Origin: Cylindrospermopsis raciborskii Cr2010 | Lineage (GTDB): Bacteria > Cyanobacteriota > Cyanobacteriia > Cyanobacteriales > Nostocaceae | Assembly (NCBI RefSeq): GCF_003367075.2 | Contig: NZ_CP065936.1 | Location: 1,080,001 to 1,112,000 of the forward strand | Direction of reading: 5' to 3' | Length of the DNA stretch: 32,000 nt | In this document: positions 1-10,060 of the stretch, in pieces | Layout: every line of letters begins with the position of its first letter | Position numbering within the stretch: position 1 is the stretch's first letter | The notes under the pieces: generated by a model | What the model was told of the DNA's origin: nothing | The model's database searches: none | What the model saw: the letters and a program-made list of their open reading frames with translations, nothing else | Translations under genes and position numbers: made by a program

Positions 1-807
1 ACCCGAGTGCGAGGTTTTACCGTGGACGATTCCCATTTATTTGTCACACCAGAGCAATTAGATGAAGAGTTTTTAAACGTTGTGGATTTAATCTTGACCG
101 TATTTAGAATGTTACAACTGAAAAATTTTAAAGCGAGATTGAGTTTTAGAGATCCGACCAGTGATAAATACATTGGTGGGGACGAAGTTTGGGATAAAGC
201 AGAGGGAGCAATTCGTCGTGCGGTGCAGCAGTTGGGAATGGATCACTTTGAGGGTATAGGGGAAGCAGCTTTTTATGGTCCAAAACTGGACTTTATCTTC
301 AGCGATGTTTTAGAAAGAGAATGGCAATTGGGAACAGTACAGGTGGACTACAATCTACCGGAAAGGTTTGACCTAGAATATGTAGCAGAGGATGGGTCAC
401 GAAAACGCCCAGTTATGATTCACCGAGCTCCCTTTGGTTCCCTAGAAAGACTGATTGGCATTTTAATTGAGGAATATGCAGGGGATTTTCCTCTCTGGTT
501 AGCACCAATACAAATTCGACTCCTACCAGTTGGTGAACAACAAATTGAGTTCACCAAAGAAGTAGCTGGGAAAATGACAGAGCTGGGAATTAGAGCCCAA
601 GCAGACCTAAGTGGCGATCGCCTGGCCAAATTAATCCGCAATGGGGAGAAAGATAAAATACCCGTGATGGCGGTAGTAGGTGCTAAAGAGGTGGAAAGTA
701 ATTCTTTGAGTATTCGCACCCGTGCATCTGGTGAACTGGGGGTAATACCCGTCGAAAAAGTTGTGGAGAAAATGCAGGATTCCATAATCAACTATAGCAA
801 CTTTTAG
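1..807 (+). CDS. thrS: Threonyl-tRNA synthetase, C-terminal part (5' truncated by window edge)
   Basis: Open frame from base 1; FGPKLDFIFSDVLEREWQLGTVQVDYNLPERFDLEY, HRAPFGSLERLIGILIEEYAGDFPLWLAP and the anticodon-binding domain are typical of ThrRS. Confidence 0.97.
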   Translation, partial: TRVRGFTVDDSHLFVTPEQLDEEFLNVVDLILTVFRMLQLKNFKARLSFRDPTSDKYIGGDEVWDKAEGAIRRAVQQLGMDHFEGIGEAAFYGPKLDFIFSDVLEREWQLGTVQVDYNLPERFDLEYVAEDGSRKRPVMIHRAPFGSLERLIGILIEEYAGDFPLWLAPIQIRLLPVGEQQIEFTKEVAGKMTELGIRAQADLSGDRLAKLIRNGEKDKIPVMAVVGAKEVESNSLSIRTRASGELGVIPVEKVVEKMQDSIINYSNF

Positions 808-829
808 GACGGGGGTTGTAAAGGTTCTA

Positions 830-2470
830 CTACCTGAGATTTGCCAAGGCGTAAATACTGGGAGAACTTTGGGAGATAACAGTATAAGATTGACGAATAT
901 GGGCATTGACAGCCACGGTTTTAGCATCATACATTTGCATAAATACCTTGGGATATAAACCAATGCCAATAATTAATACCAGGAAACAACCTGCTATAAA
1001 CACTTCCCTAGGTTTGGCATCACTGTAAATTGACTGATTAGGTAAAAGACAATCAGTACCAAAACAGGCGGTTCCTTCGTCTTCCTGATTCTCCACTCCC
1101 GCACTAGTGATATCGCATGTCAAAGCTGCATCTTTACCATAAAATACCTGACGTAACATGGAAAGCAGATAAATCGGTGTAAGAATAACACCCACAGCTG
1201 CGAGGAAAACTGTCACTGTACAGAAAGTGGATGTATAAACATCACTAGTGGTTACACCCACAAATACGGAAAGCTCTCCCACAAAACCACTCATTCCCGG
1301 TAAAGCTAGAGAAGCCATCGCACCCATGGTAAACAATGCAAATACTACGGGCATAGCTTGACCAACACCGCCCATATCCTTCATTACCATGGTATGAGTA
1401 CGATCATAAGTAACACCAGCTAAAAAGAAGAGAACGGAGGCAATTAATCCATGGGATAGCATTTGTAGCATTGCTCCATTCATACCCAAATCGGTAAAGG
1501 AAGCCAAACCGAGGAGGACAAAACCCATGTGAGAAATGGATGAGAAAGCCAAACGTCGTTTCATATTCGTTTGGGCAAAGGAGTTTAATGCACCATAGAT
1601 AATATTCACCACGCCCAGGACTGCTATTACTGGTGCAAAATAAATGTGAGCATCCGGTAATAATTCCATGTTAAGGCGAATTAATCCATAACCACCCATT
1701 TTGAGCAGCACTCCTGCCAAAATCATTGACACAGGAGAAGATGCTTCACCATGTGCATCTGGTAACCAGGTATGTAGGGGGAAAATTGCTAACTTGACTC
1801 CAAAAGCAATAAACAGTCCTGCATACAGCAGTAATTGTAGGGTAAGAGGGTAGTTTTTGGTAGCTAGGTCGCTAACATCAAAACTGAGATTATCTCCACC
1901 GTATAAACCCATGGCCAGAGCAGCTATGAGGATAAATATGGAAGCAGCTGCGGTGTATATGATAAACTTTGTAGCAGCGTAACGTCTTCTTTGACCACCC
2001 CAAATAGAAACTAATAGATATACGGGAATTAGTTCCACTTCCCACATGATGAAGAATAACAACAAGTCCTTAGCAACAAATACTCCTATTTGTGCTGCAT
2101 ATAACACCAACATCAAGGAGTAAAATAGGCGTGGTCTACGGTCTACTTGCCAAGCAGAAAACATAGAAAGGGTGGTCACAAACCCCGCCAACAGTACCAA
2201 AGGTGCAGAAATACCATCTACTGCTACTGCCCATTTGAGTCCCAGTATGGGCATCCAATTATAACTCTCTACTAGTTGAAAACCTGTATTAAGTGAATTG
2301 TAGTGTGTCCAGAAGGCATAACAAATTAATGCAAAATCAGTAATAGCTACACCTAACGCATACCAGCGAACCGTTTTACCGTCCTTATCTGGTATTAGGG
2401 GTATCAAGCAAGCTGCTAGTAGGGGGAAGACGATAATCGTCGTCAACCAAGGAAAATTATCCACCATCAT
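830..2470 (-). CDS. ndhD: NAD(P)H-quinone oxidoreductase subunit 4 (NdhD family)
   Basis: 546 aa multi-span membrane protein with [39 protein letters not shown] and [37 protein letters not shown] motifs; convergent with thrS. Confidence 0.97.
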   Translation of the reverse strand: MMVDNFPWLTTIIVFPLLAACLIPLIPDKDGKTVRWYALGVAITDFALICYAFWTHYNSLNTGFQLVESYNWMPILGLKWAVAVDGISAPLVLLAGFVTTLSMFSAWQVDRRPRLFYSLMLVLYAAQIGVFVAKDLLLFFIMWEVELIPVYLLVSIWGGQRRRYAATKFIIYTAAASIFILIAALAMGLYGGDNLSFDVSDLATKNYPLTLQLLLYAGLFIAFGVKLAIFPLHTWLPDAHGEASSPVSMILAGVLLKMGGYGLIRLNMELLPDAHIYFAPVIAVLGVVNIIYGALNSFAQTNMKRRLAFSSISHMGFVLLGLASFTDLGMNGAMLQMLSHGLIASVLFFLAGVTYDRTHTMVMKDMGGVGQAMPVVFALFTMGAMASLALPGMSGFVGELSVFVGVTTSDVYTSTFCTVTVFLAAVGVILTPIYLLSMLRQVFYGKDAALTCDITSAGVENQEDEGTACFGTDCLLPNQSIYSDAKPREVFIAGCFLVLIIGIGLYPKVFMQMYDAKTVAVNAHIRQSYTVISQSSPSIYALANLR

Positions 2471-2609
2471 GTCAATAGGGAAAAATACTCATTTGTTTGA
2501 TGATGACATTGTACAAAATTTTGTAACAATGTTTTAACTATTTCCAATAATTTTTTGCGATACCTATCCATAGAAAAATATTACTATCTACTAATCTTAT
2601 AAGAAAGTT

Positions 2610-2846
2610 TTAATCTGTTAAACCTAATTGTTGTTCCATTTTTGGTCTTAACCACTTACCAAATTTAGCATAAAGAGCCGGAATTACGAGTAGAGTTAAA
2701 GCGGTAGAGGTAAATAAACCACCTAAAACTACAATGGTTAAAGGTTGTAAAATTTCACTACCCGCACCCGATGCGATCGCAAGGGGAAACATCCCTAAAA
2801 AAGAAAATAAAGCAATCATTAAAGTTAAAGATACGGGAATTGGCAT
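2610..2846 (-). pseudogene. C-terminal remnant of an HME/RND-type efflux pump (CusA/CzcA-like)
   Basis: 78 aa: MIALFSFLGMFPLAIASGAGSEILQPLTIVVLGGLFTSTALTLLVIPALYAKF matches the last transmembrane segments of RND pumps; the other ~950 residues are absent. Confidence 0.8.
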
Positions 2847-3136
2847 TGATCCTTTTTATCGAATTAATAGCGATCGCTCATAAACATCAAGCAATTTTAA
2901 AATTCGAAAATCAATTACAACGGGGAAGTATTTTTATATTAGAGATGTCCATGTTGAACTTTGATGGTGGATTTATATGCTCTTAACAACTTTCGCTGTT
3001 TGGTAAATCCATGTCCCGAGATCTGGTTCAAAAGTGACTCTTGAAGTCGAAAAAAATATGCTACCATACCACCATAATGGGAGAATAGTAGTCCCGACTC
3101 GTTGGGTAATAGTTCAAAGTTTTCCGTTGTGTCTCC

Positions 3137-4084
3137 ATGTCCATAATTTCTCATGTTATTGTTAAAGTCCCAGCTACCACTGCCAACCTAGGCCCTGGTT
3201 TTGACTGTATTGGTGCGGCACTGCAATTGTACAATGAATTTAAGTTTACCTTAGGTGATTCCAAGTTGTGTATTAAGGTTCACGGTAAGGAAGCAGAAAA
3301 GGTTCAAACTGATAGCAGTAATTTAATTTATCAAGCATTTGTTAAGCTGTATGAGCGTATAAATAAAACACCCCCAGGCGTGGAAATTGAGATTAATTTA
3401 GGTATTCCCCTAGCCAGGGGTTTAGGTAGTTCGGCCACGGCCATAGTGGGGGGACTAGTGGGGGGTAACATTCTAGCTGATTCACCCCTATCCCCAGAGG
3501 AAGTAATCAAATTAGCCATTGAAATGGAGGGTCACCCGGATAACGTTGTTCCTGCCTTTTTGGGGGGATGTCAGCTAGCAGCTACTAGCAGCAGAGGTTG
3601 GGAAATTTGTCCAGTGCATTGGCATCCTGAGATTATACCAGTAGTAGCCATCCCCGATTTTGAATTATCAACATCCCAAGCCCGCAAAGTTTTGCCGATA
3701 GAAATTAGTCGTGACGATGCAATTTTTAATACTTCCCATTTTGGTTTGTTGTTGCAGGCCCTAGCTAGCAATCAGAAAGAATGGTTACAAGCTGCCTTAA
3801 AAGACAAATTGCATCAACCCTACCGTCAATCTCTAATTCCCGGTTATGATGATGTGGAAAGTGCTGTGATAGAAGCTGGTGCTTATGGTATGGTAATTAG
3901 TGGAGCAGGTCCAACCTTATTAGCTCTAACAGACAGCGCGCACTCCCCTAAAGTAGTTCAAGCCATGACCCATGCTTGGGCAAAAGTGGGGATAACATGC
4001 ACAGTGTTACCCCTTCCTATTGATATTAATGGCATAAGCTTTGACTTCTCCCCGCTCTCCCCCACACAAAGACAAAAAAGATGA
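3137..4084 (+). CDS. thrB: Homoserine kinase
   Basis: VPATTANLGPGFDCIGAAL, GIPLARGLGSSATAIVGG (GHMP ATP-binding loop), EGHPDNVVPAFLGG. Confidence 0.97.
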   Translation: MSIISHVIVKVPATTANLGPGFDCIGAALQLYNEFKFTLGDSKLCIKVHGKEAEKVQTDSSNLIYQAFVKLYERINKTPPGVEIEINLGIPLARGLGSSATAIVGGLVGGNILADSPLSPEEVIKLAIEMEGHPDNVVPAFLGGCQLAATSSRGWEICPVHWHPEIIPVVAIPDFELSTSQARKVLPIEISRDDAIFNTSHFGLLLQALASNQKEWLQAALKDKLHQPYRQSLIPGYDDVESAVIEAGAYGMVISGAGPTLLALTDSAHSPKVVQAMTHAWAKVGITCTVLPLPIDINGISFDFSPLSPTQRQKR

Positions 4085-4222
4085 TCTTACCTATCAATAC
4101 CATTATGAGTTAGGATGATAAGTTAGCATTTCTTTGATGAAATATCGCTATTAAATTGTTGAAATTTTATGGACAAAAGTCCACCAGATAGCAGTAGTAT
4201 CCTCTCCTAAGTTGGCGAGATT

Positions 4223-4244
4223 GTCTCCCGCTGTAGGGGGGGAC
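4223..4244 (+). promoter_or_regulatory. Hairpin in the mgtE 5' leader, ending 4 nt before the RBS
   Basis: GTCTCCC (4223-4229) can pair with GGGGGAC (4238-4244) with one G-U pair; GGAGG RBS at 4249-4253; GTG start at 4260. Confidence 0.45.
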
Positions 4245-4259
4245 ATAAGGAGGTGAATC

Positions 4260-5609
4260 GTGCTAACACAAGATGTTCGCAACGCTTTGGATGTTGCTGA
4301 CCTAAATAAACTCAAATATGATTTGAATAGTCTGCAACCTGTAGACGTAGGAGAGTATATTTCAGAATTGCCAGAACAACAAAGGGCGATCGCTTTTAGG
4401 TTGTTGAATAAAAATCAGGCCATTGATGTTTTTGAGTACTTACCTACGGATGTGCAGGAGGAATTGATTAATTCCTTACATGATGTTCAGGTGGTACATC
4501 TGGTAGAAGAAATGAGTCCTGATGAGAGGGCGTATTTATTTGATGAATTACCTGCAGGGGTGGTTAAAAGACTATTACAACAACTTAGTCCAGAACAAAG
4601 ACAAGCAACTGCGACAATTCTGGGATATCCCGAAGGTACTGCAGGTAGGGTAATGACCACAGAGTATGTGCGTTTGCGTCAAGGGTTAACAGTGGGGGAA
4701 GCATTAAGTAAAATTCGTCTTCAAGATGAGGATAAGGAAACTATTTACTATGCTTATGTGACTGATGACAACCGTAAGTTAGTGAGCGTGGTTTCCTTGC
4801 GTCAATTGTTATTTACCTTTCCAGAAGTTTTCATCAGGGATATTGCTAGTTCTCAGGTAGTAAAAGTAACTACTGAAACTTCCCAAGAAGAAGTGGCGCG
4901 GATCATGCAGCGTTATGATTTAATAGCCATACCTGTGGTAGATCGGGAGGATAGATTAGTAGGAATTATTACTATTGATGATGTGGTTGATATTTTACAA
5001 GAGGAGGCCACGGAGGATATTCAAAAATTGGCAGCGGTAAGTGGCGATGAAGAGGCTTTATCCCCACCCCATTTGACCATTCGCAAACGCTTACCCTGGT
5101 TATTAGGTATCATGGCATTGTATATTGGTGCAGCTAGTGCGATCGCTCCCTTTCAGCGGGTAATTGCAGCGGTTCCGGTTTTAGCGGTGATTATGCCCAT
5201 ATTTTCTAATACTGGGGGGACTGTGGGTATTCAGGCTTTAACTGTGACCATTCGGGGTTTAGGTGTAGGGGAGGTGACCACAAAGGATGCTGGGAAAATT
5301 TTGCGGAAGGAACTAATAGCGGGTTTGGGAACCGCTTTAGCCTTAGGTTCAACCATGATTCTACTTTCTTTGATTTGGGCAAAACCCGATGAAAAGTGGG
5401 TAGCTTTAATTGCTGGTGTGGTAATGGCCACCAACACCATGGTTGCTGTGAGTTTGGGGACTTTATTACCTATGGGATTACAAAGGCTAAAATTAGATCC
5501 AGCTTTAATGAGTGGTCCACTGGTGACAACTATGTTGGATACTATTGGTTTTTTAACCTTCTTGAGCATGATTTCCCTTGCTTTGAAAGTATTTAATTTA
5601 AGCTATTAG
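4260..5609 (+). CDS. mgtE: Magnesium transporter MgtE
   Basis: 449 aa: MgtE N domain ([15 protein letters not shown]), paired CBS domains ([20 protein letters not shown]), membrane domain [15 protein letters not shown]; GTG start with GGAGG. Confidence 0.95.
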   Translation: MLTQDVRNALDVADLNKLKYDLNSLQPVDVGEYISELPEQQRAIAFRLLNKNQAIDVFEYLPTDVQEELINSLHDVQVVHLVEEMSPDERAYLFDELPAGVVKRLLQQLSPEQRQATATILGYPEGTAGRVMTTEYVRLRQGLTVGEALSKIRLQDEDKETIYYAYVTDDNRKLVSVVSLRQLLFTFPEVFIRDIASSQVVKVTTETSQEEVARIMQRYDLIAIPVVDREDRLVGIITIDDVVDILQEEATEDIQKLAAVSGDEEALSPPHLTIRKRLPWLLGIMALYIGAASAIAPFQRVIAAVPVLAVIMPIFSNTGGTVGIQALTVTIRGLGVGEVTTKDAGKILRKELIAGLGTALALGSTMILLSLIWAKPDEKWVALIAGVVMATNTMVAVSLGTLLPMGLQRLKLDPALMSGPLVTTMLDTIGFLTFLSMISLALKVFNLSY

Positions 5610-5631
5610 GCAGTATCATTTTCAGTTTAAC

Positions 5632-6633
5632 ATGTCAACGCCCGCAAGTAATTGGAATCGTCATCATATTCTTTCTCTAGCTGATTTTACTGTAAATGAA
5701 TATAATGCTGTTTTACAAACAGCAGCTTCATTTAAAGAAGTGTTATCACGGCGAACTAAAAAAGTCCCAACTTTACAAGGACAAGTGGTAGCCAATCTCT
5801 TTTTTGAACCTTCCACCCGCACCAGAAGTAGTTTTGAAATAGCTGCTAAAAGGCTAAGTGCAGATACTCTAAATTTCTCTAGTTCTAGTTCCTCTATGAC
5901 CAAGGGAGAAACAATTTTAGATACGGCTAAAACCTATTTAGCCATGGGTACAGATATTATGGTAATTCGCCATAAAGAAGCAGGAGTACCACAGGCGATC
6001 GCCCGGGAAATGGATCGTTTAGGTGTAAAAGTTAGTGTATTAAATGCTGGTGATGGACAACATGAACATCCCTCCCAAGGACTATTAGATTTATTCACCA
6101 TTTGTAGTTTAATTGATCCAGAACAACCCAAAATTGCATCTTTAGCAGGTAAAAAGATTGCTATTGTAGGTGACATTTTACACTCACGGGTTGCCCGGTC
6201 TAATATTTGGAGTTTGACCACCAGTGGTGCCCAAGTACATCTAGCAGCACCACCCACCTTATTACCCAAATACTTTAGTGAATATGTAGGATCACGGGAA
6301 AATTCCCAGAATTTATTCATCCATTGGCAATTAGATCCAGCTTTAGAGGATGCTGACTTTGTCATGACTTTGAGGTTGCAAAAAGAGAGGATGACTGGTA
6401 ACCTGTTGCCCAGTTTAAGAGAGTATCATCAACTATTTGGCATTACCAGGCAAAGATTAAAAGCTTGTAAATCTCAAGTAAAAGTACTACATCCAGGTCC
6501 AGTGAATAGGGGTGTGGAAATCAGTTCAGATTTAATGGACGATCCAAAATTCAGCCTAATTCAAGATCAGGTGACCAGTGGTGTAGCTGTGCGCATGGCA
6601 CTATTGTATTTTATCGGTGGTGCGAAAGGGTAG
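5632..6633 (+). CDS. pyrB: Aspartate carbamoyltransferase catalytic subunit
   Basis: [51 protein letters not shown]. Confidence 0.97.
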   Translation: MSTPASNWNRHHILSLADFTVNEYNAVLQTAASFKEVLSRRTKKVPTLQGQVVANLFFEPSTRTRSSFEIAAKRLSADTLNFSSSSSSMTKGETILDTAKTYLAMGTDIMVIRHKEAGVPQAIAREMDRLGVKVSVLNAGDGQHEHPSQGLLDLFTICSLIDPEQPKIASLAGKKIAIVGDILHSRVARSNIWSLTTSGAQVHLAAPPTLLPKYFSEYVGSRENSQNLFIHWQLDPALEDADFVMTLRLQKERMTGNLLPSLREYHQLFGITRQRLKACKSQVKVLHPGPVNRGVEISSDLMDDPKFSLIQDQVTSGVAVRMALLYFIGGAKG

Positions 6634-6697
6634 AAATAGTAGTACCCCAAATACAAAAATGGTAAGATAGAAAAGGCCAAATCCAAACACAACGACA

Positions 6698-9136
6698 ATG
6701 CGTATCTCTTTCAATTGGTTACGGGAACTTGTAGAAATTAAACTAACTCCGGAAGAACTAGCTCATACCCTAACAATGGCGGGGTTTGAGGTAGAGGGTA
6801 TAGAGGATCGTCGCACTTGGGCGAATGGAGTTGTCGTAGGAAAAGTTCTAAAACGGGAACAGCATCCAAACGCGGATAAATTAAGTGTTTGCACAGTAGA
6901 TATAGGCGGCGAGGAAACACTTAATATTGTTTGTGGTGCATCAAATGTGTGTGCTGATATTTATGTACCGGTTGCGACCAAGGGGACTTATTTACCCAAT
7001 ATTGATTTAAAAATCAAACCGACCAAGCTCAGAGGTGTACCCTCCAATGGGATGATTTGTTCATTAAAAGAATTGGGTTTACCCACAGAGATAGACGGGA
7101 TTCATATTTTTAGAGAAGAGGGTTTAACCCTGGGTAGGGAGGTAGGTCCCCTTCTAGGTTTGGACGATGTGATTTTAGATGTCACAGCTACCGCTAATCG
7201 TGCAGATGCTTTATCCATGGTAGGGATTGCCAGGGAAGTTGCAGCATTAACGGGTGGAAAGCTATCCCTTCCTCAACTAACAGGAGTAGAAATTACCCCC
7301 AGCACAGCACAAAAAATCCGGGTGAAAATTTCTGAACAGCACGCTTGTCCTCTATATATTGGTACCCTAATAGAAAATGTGAAAATTGCCCCTTCTCCTG
7401 AATGGTTGCAAAGGCGTTTAATTGCTGCGGGTGTACGTCCAATTAACAACATAGTAGATATTACAAACTATGTATTATTAGAAAGAGGACAGCCTCTACA
7501 CGCCTTTGATAAACAAAGATTAGAGCAGGTAGGTCAGGGAACAGATGTAACTATTGGGGTGAGATTTGCTCAAGGTGGAGAAACTCTCCAAACCCTAGAT
7601 GGACAAACCCGGAACCTATCTACTCAGAACTTATTAATTACTGCTAACAATCAACCTGTAGCTCTAGCAGGAGTTATGGGTGGTGAAGAAACAGAAATTC
7701 ATCCAGGTACAACCAGTTTATTTTTAGAAGCTGCACTGTTCAACTCAGTGGCTATTCGTCGTTCTTCTCGCAGTGTAGGTTTAAGAAGTGAAGCATCGGG
7801 AAGATACGAAAGAGGAGTTAATTGGGCAGAATTAGCAACAGCTTCTGATCGAGCTTTATCTCTGATGCAGGAGTTAGCAGATGCTAAAGTTGTTCATCAA
7901 GAAATTGCTGATTACCGTCCTGATAATGCTCTAAAGAATCATCCTATTATTTTGCGACTAGAGAGAATTAATCAAGTGTTAGGTCCCATTGATTTGGGCG
8001 TAGAAACGGGAGAGTTAAAAGCAGCAGATGTGGAAAAGATTCTCACAGCTTTAGGATGTGAACTAACTGATAATCAGGATGGTAGTTGGCAAGTAAAAGT
8101 GCCATCCTATCGCTATTCCGATTTAGAAAGGGAAATTGATTTAATTGAGGAAATTGCCCGACTTTACGGTTATGATAACTTTGTTGATACTCTACCCGAA
8201 AAAACTGAACCAGGTTATTTACCCTTAGACCAGGAACTAGTGCGAAAATTACGCAGTTATTTAAGAGCAGAGGGTTTAACAGAGTTAATGCACTACTCCT
8301 TGGTCAAACCCGGTGAAGACAGGCAAATTCTTTTAAATAATCCTTTATTTGCCGAATATTCAGCCCTGAGAACCGATTTAATTTCTGGTTTAATTGATGC
8401 TTTTGAATATAATCTACAGCAAGGAAATGGGGCGTTAAATGGTTTTGAAATTGGCACCATTTTCTCCAGAGAAGAAGAAGGACTAGAAGAATCTCAAGTC
8501 ATTGCAGGAATTATAGGAGGTGATACCACCGTCGGTAGATGGTTCAATGGGGGAAAAGAAAATCCCATGACCTGGTTCGCAGCAAAAGGTATTTTAGAAA
8601 ACGTCTTTCAACAACTGGGACTGGAGGTAGAATTTCAACCGGAAAATCGAGATAGACGTTTACATCCCGGAAGGACAGCTTCCTTATGGTTAGGAGGAGC
8701 TAGACTGGGAACCTTTGGACAAGTTCATCCCCAACTCAGACGAGAAAAGAGTTTACCAGATGCAGTTTATGTCTTCCAATTAGATTTGGATACCTTACTC
8801 AGTACCCTGGATAATGATGAACTATTGACTCCTAAATTTAAACCCTATTCTACCTACCCCGCAAGCGATCGCGATTTGGCGTTTTTCGCGTCTGTAAAAG
8901 TTACGGTTGGGGAGATTGAAAAAGTAATTACTAAAGCTGGTAAGGGGTTGCTAGAGTCTGTAGAGGTTTTTGACGAATACAGAGGTGAAAATGTCCCCAT
9001 AGGACAAAGAAGTTTAGCTTTTCGGTTAGTTTATCGTGCGGTTGACCACACTTTAACTGATAATGAGGTTGAACCAGTACACCATAAAATTCGAGAATCC
9101 CTAGTAGAAAAATTCGGTGTTACTTTAAGGAGTTAA
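6698..9136 (+). CDS. pheT: Phenylalanyl-tRNA synthetase beta subunit
   Basis: 812 aa; [21 protein letters not shown], tRNA-binding EMAP-like domain, B3/B4 and B5 domains, C-terminal FDX-ACB domain. Confidence 0.98.
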   Translation: MRISFNWLRELVEIKLTPEELAHTLTMAGFEVEGIEDRRTWANGVVVGKVLKREQHPNADKLSVCTVDIGGEETLNIVCGASNVCADIYVPVATKGTYLPNIDLKIKPTKLRGVPSNGMICSLKELGLPTEIDGIHIFREEGLTLGREVGPLLGLDDVILDVTATANRADALSMVGIAREVAALTGGKLSLPQLTGVEITPSTAQKIRVKISEQHACPLYIGTLIENVKIAPSPEWLQRRLIAAGVRPINNIVDITNYVLLERGQPLHAFDKQRLEQVGQGTDVTIGVRFAQGGETLQTLDGQTRNLSTQNLLITANNQPVALAGVMGGEETEIHPGTTSLFLEAALFNSVAIRRSSRSVGLRSEASGRYERGVNWAELATASDRALSLMQELADAKVVHQEIADYRPDNALKNHPIILRLERINQVLGPIDLGVETGELKAADVEKILTALGCELTDNQDGSWQVKVPSYRYSDLEREIDLIEEIARLYGYDNFVDTLPEKTEPGYLPLDQELVRKLRSYLRAEGLTELMHYSLVKPGEDRQILLNNPLFAEYSALRTDLISGLIDAFEYNLQQGNGALNGFEIGTIFSREEEGLEESQVIAGIIGGDTTVGRWFNGGKENPMTWFAAKGILENVFQQLGLEVEFQPENRDRRLHPGRTASLWLGGARLGTFGQVHPQLRREKSLPDAVYVFQLDLDTLLSTLDNDELLTPKFKPYSTYPASDRDLAFFASVKVTVGEIEKVITKAGKGLLESVEVFDEYRGENVPIGQRSLAFRLVYRAVDHTLTDNEVEPVHHKIRESLVEKFGVTLRS

Positions 9137-9190
9137 ATCCCTAGGGAGCAGGTTAAGCTTCACAACTACAAATACCAGAGGAAAAAGATC

Positions 9191-9460
9191 ATGGCAAAAT
9201 ATATTATGTGGGGTAGTTATTGCGAAGAGGTTTTAACTAAACGGGAACCCTATCGTCAAGCACACCTAGAGGGACTGGCAAAACAAAAGGATGCGGGAAT
9301 ACTAATTACCATAGGTCCCACCAAGGATATTACTAAGGTCTTTGGTATTTATGAAGCTGAGAGCGAAAATGCTGTGAGTCAACTCATAGAAGCTGACCCT
9401 TATTGGAAAAATGGTATTTGGACAGAGTATATAGTTAAAGAGTGGATTCAAGCTTTTTAA
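9191..9460 (+). CDS. YciI family protein
   Basis: 89 aa: MAKYIMWGSYCEEVLTKREPYRQAHLEGLAKQKDAGILITIGPTKD... ADPYWKNGIWTEYIVKEW; RBS-like GAGGAAAAAG upstream. Confidence 0.8.
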   Translation: MAKYIMWGSYCEEVLTKREPYRQAHLEGLAKQKDAGILITIGPTKDITKVFGIYEAESENAVSQLIEADPYWKNGIWTEYIVKEWIQAF

Positions 9461-9478
9461 ACCAAATATTCAAAAACT

Positions 9479-9667
9479 TTATCGTTTGAGTGCTCTTTTA
9501 AAATTGCGCCTAAAGGAGGAGTTGGTCAGGTAAAACACTGGCCACAGAAGACTAAATTTTAGGCGATTGAAAAATCCTTGACTGAAATGTGTTCTTTCAA
9601 AACCTAACCAGAATCGCCAAGCGAAAACCAAATAAATAGAGCCAAGTCCAATAATCATTAGTTTCAT
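9479..9667 (-). CDS. Small conserved-looking hypothetical protein
   Basis: 62 aa with an N-terminal hydrophobic segment and basic C-terminus; no family recognised with certainty. Confidence 0.5.
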   Translation of the reverse strand: MKLMIIGLGSIYLVFAWRFWLGFERTHFSQGFFNRLKFSLLWPVFYLTNSSFRRNFKRALKR

Positions 9668-9812
9668 CTTTTTACATCCCTGACAGCTCTGTACTGGTAA
9701 TATGGATTCTATGAATCCATATTACCACCTGTTTGAGCCATTGTCAAGAGTAAAAGGACAAAAATTTTAAGAAATTTGCTACGAGAACACAAAGAATCCC
9801 AGTCCAACTGGA

Positions 9813-9897
9813 TCCTCAGCAAGATAATCATTGTATAATGGTCTGGTGTATAGCCGAGGCGAGCCATGATACCCACCTAGTAGATACTTGCTGAGGA
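9813..9897. other. Intergenic long-range inverted repeat, candidate structured RNA or leader element
   Basis: tcctcagcaag (9813-9823) versus cttgctgagga (9887-9897): perfect 11-bp arms, 63-nt loop, with an imperfect inner stem ggtgtat / ataccc-acc. Strand unknown. Confidence 0.4.
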
Positions 9898-10060
9898 GGA
9901 TGTCAATCATACAATTTTGAGGAGCACATAAGTAAATTTGCTGAACTTTTATAAGATGTCTCTTGTGGAAGTTCCTCAAAGGTCAAAATTAATAGGAGAC
10001 TAGAAGAGCCATATTTTATAACGAATCTATATGCAATTCAGCTAGTATACAGGAGGATTT

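Noticed and set aside
420-969. Minus-strand 123- and 112-aa style ORFs within thrS and ndhD
   Set aside because: Shadow frames of well-supported genes.
2771-3154. 71-aa ORFs on both strands between the RND relic and thrB
   Set aside because: No recognisable motif; the minus ORF overlaps the thrB start, so I cannot support them as genes.
9779-9979. 66-aa minus ORF MRNFHKRHLIKVQQIYLC...
   Set aside because: It spans the inverted repeat at 9813-9897 and has no family resemblance; the region looks like non-coding structured DNA.
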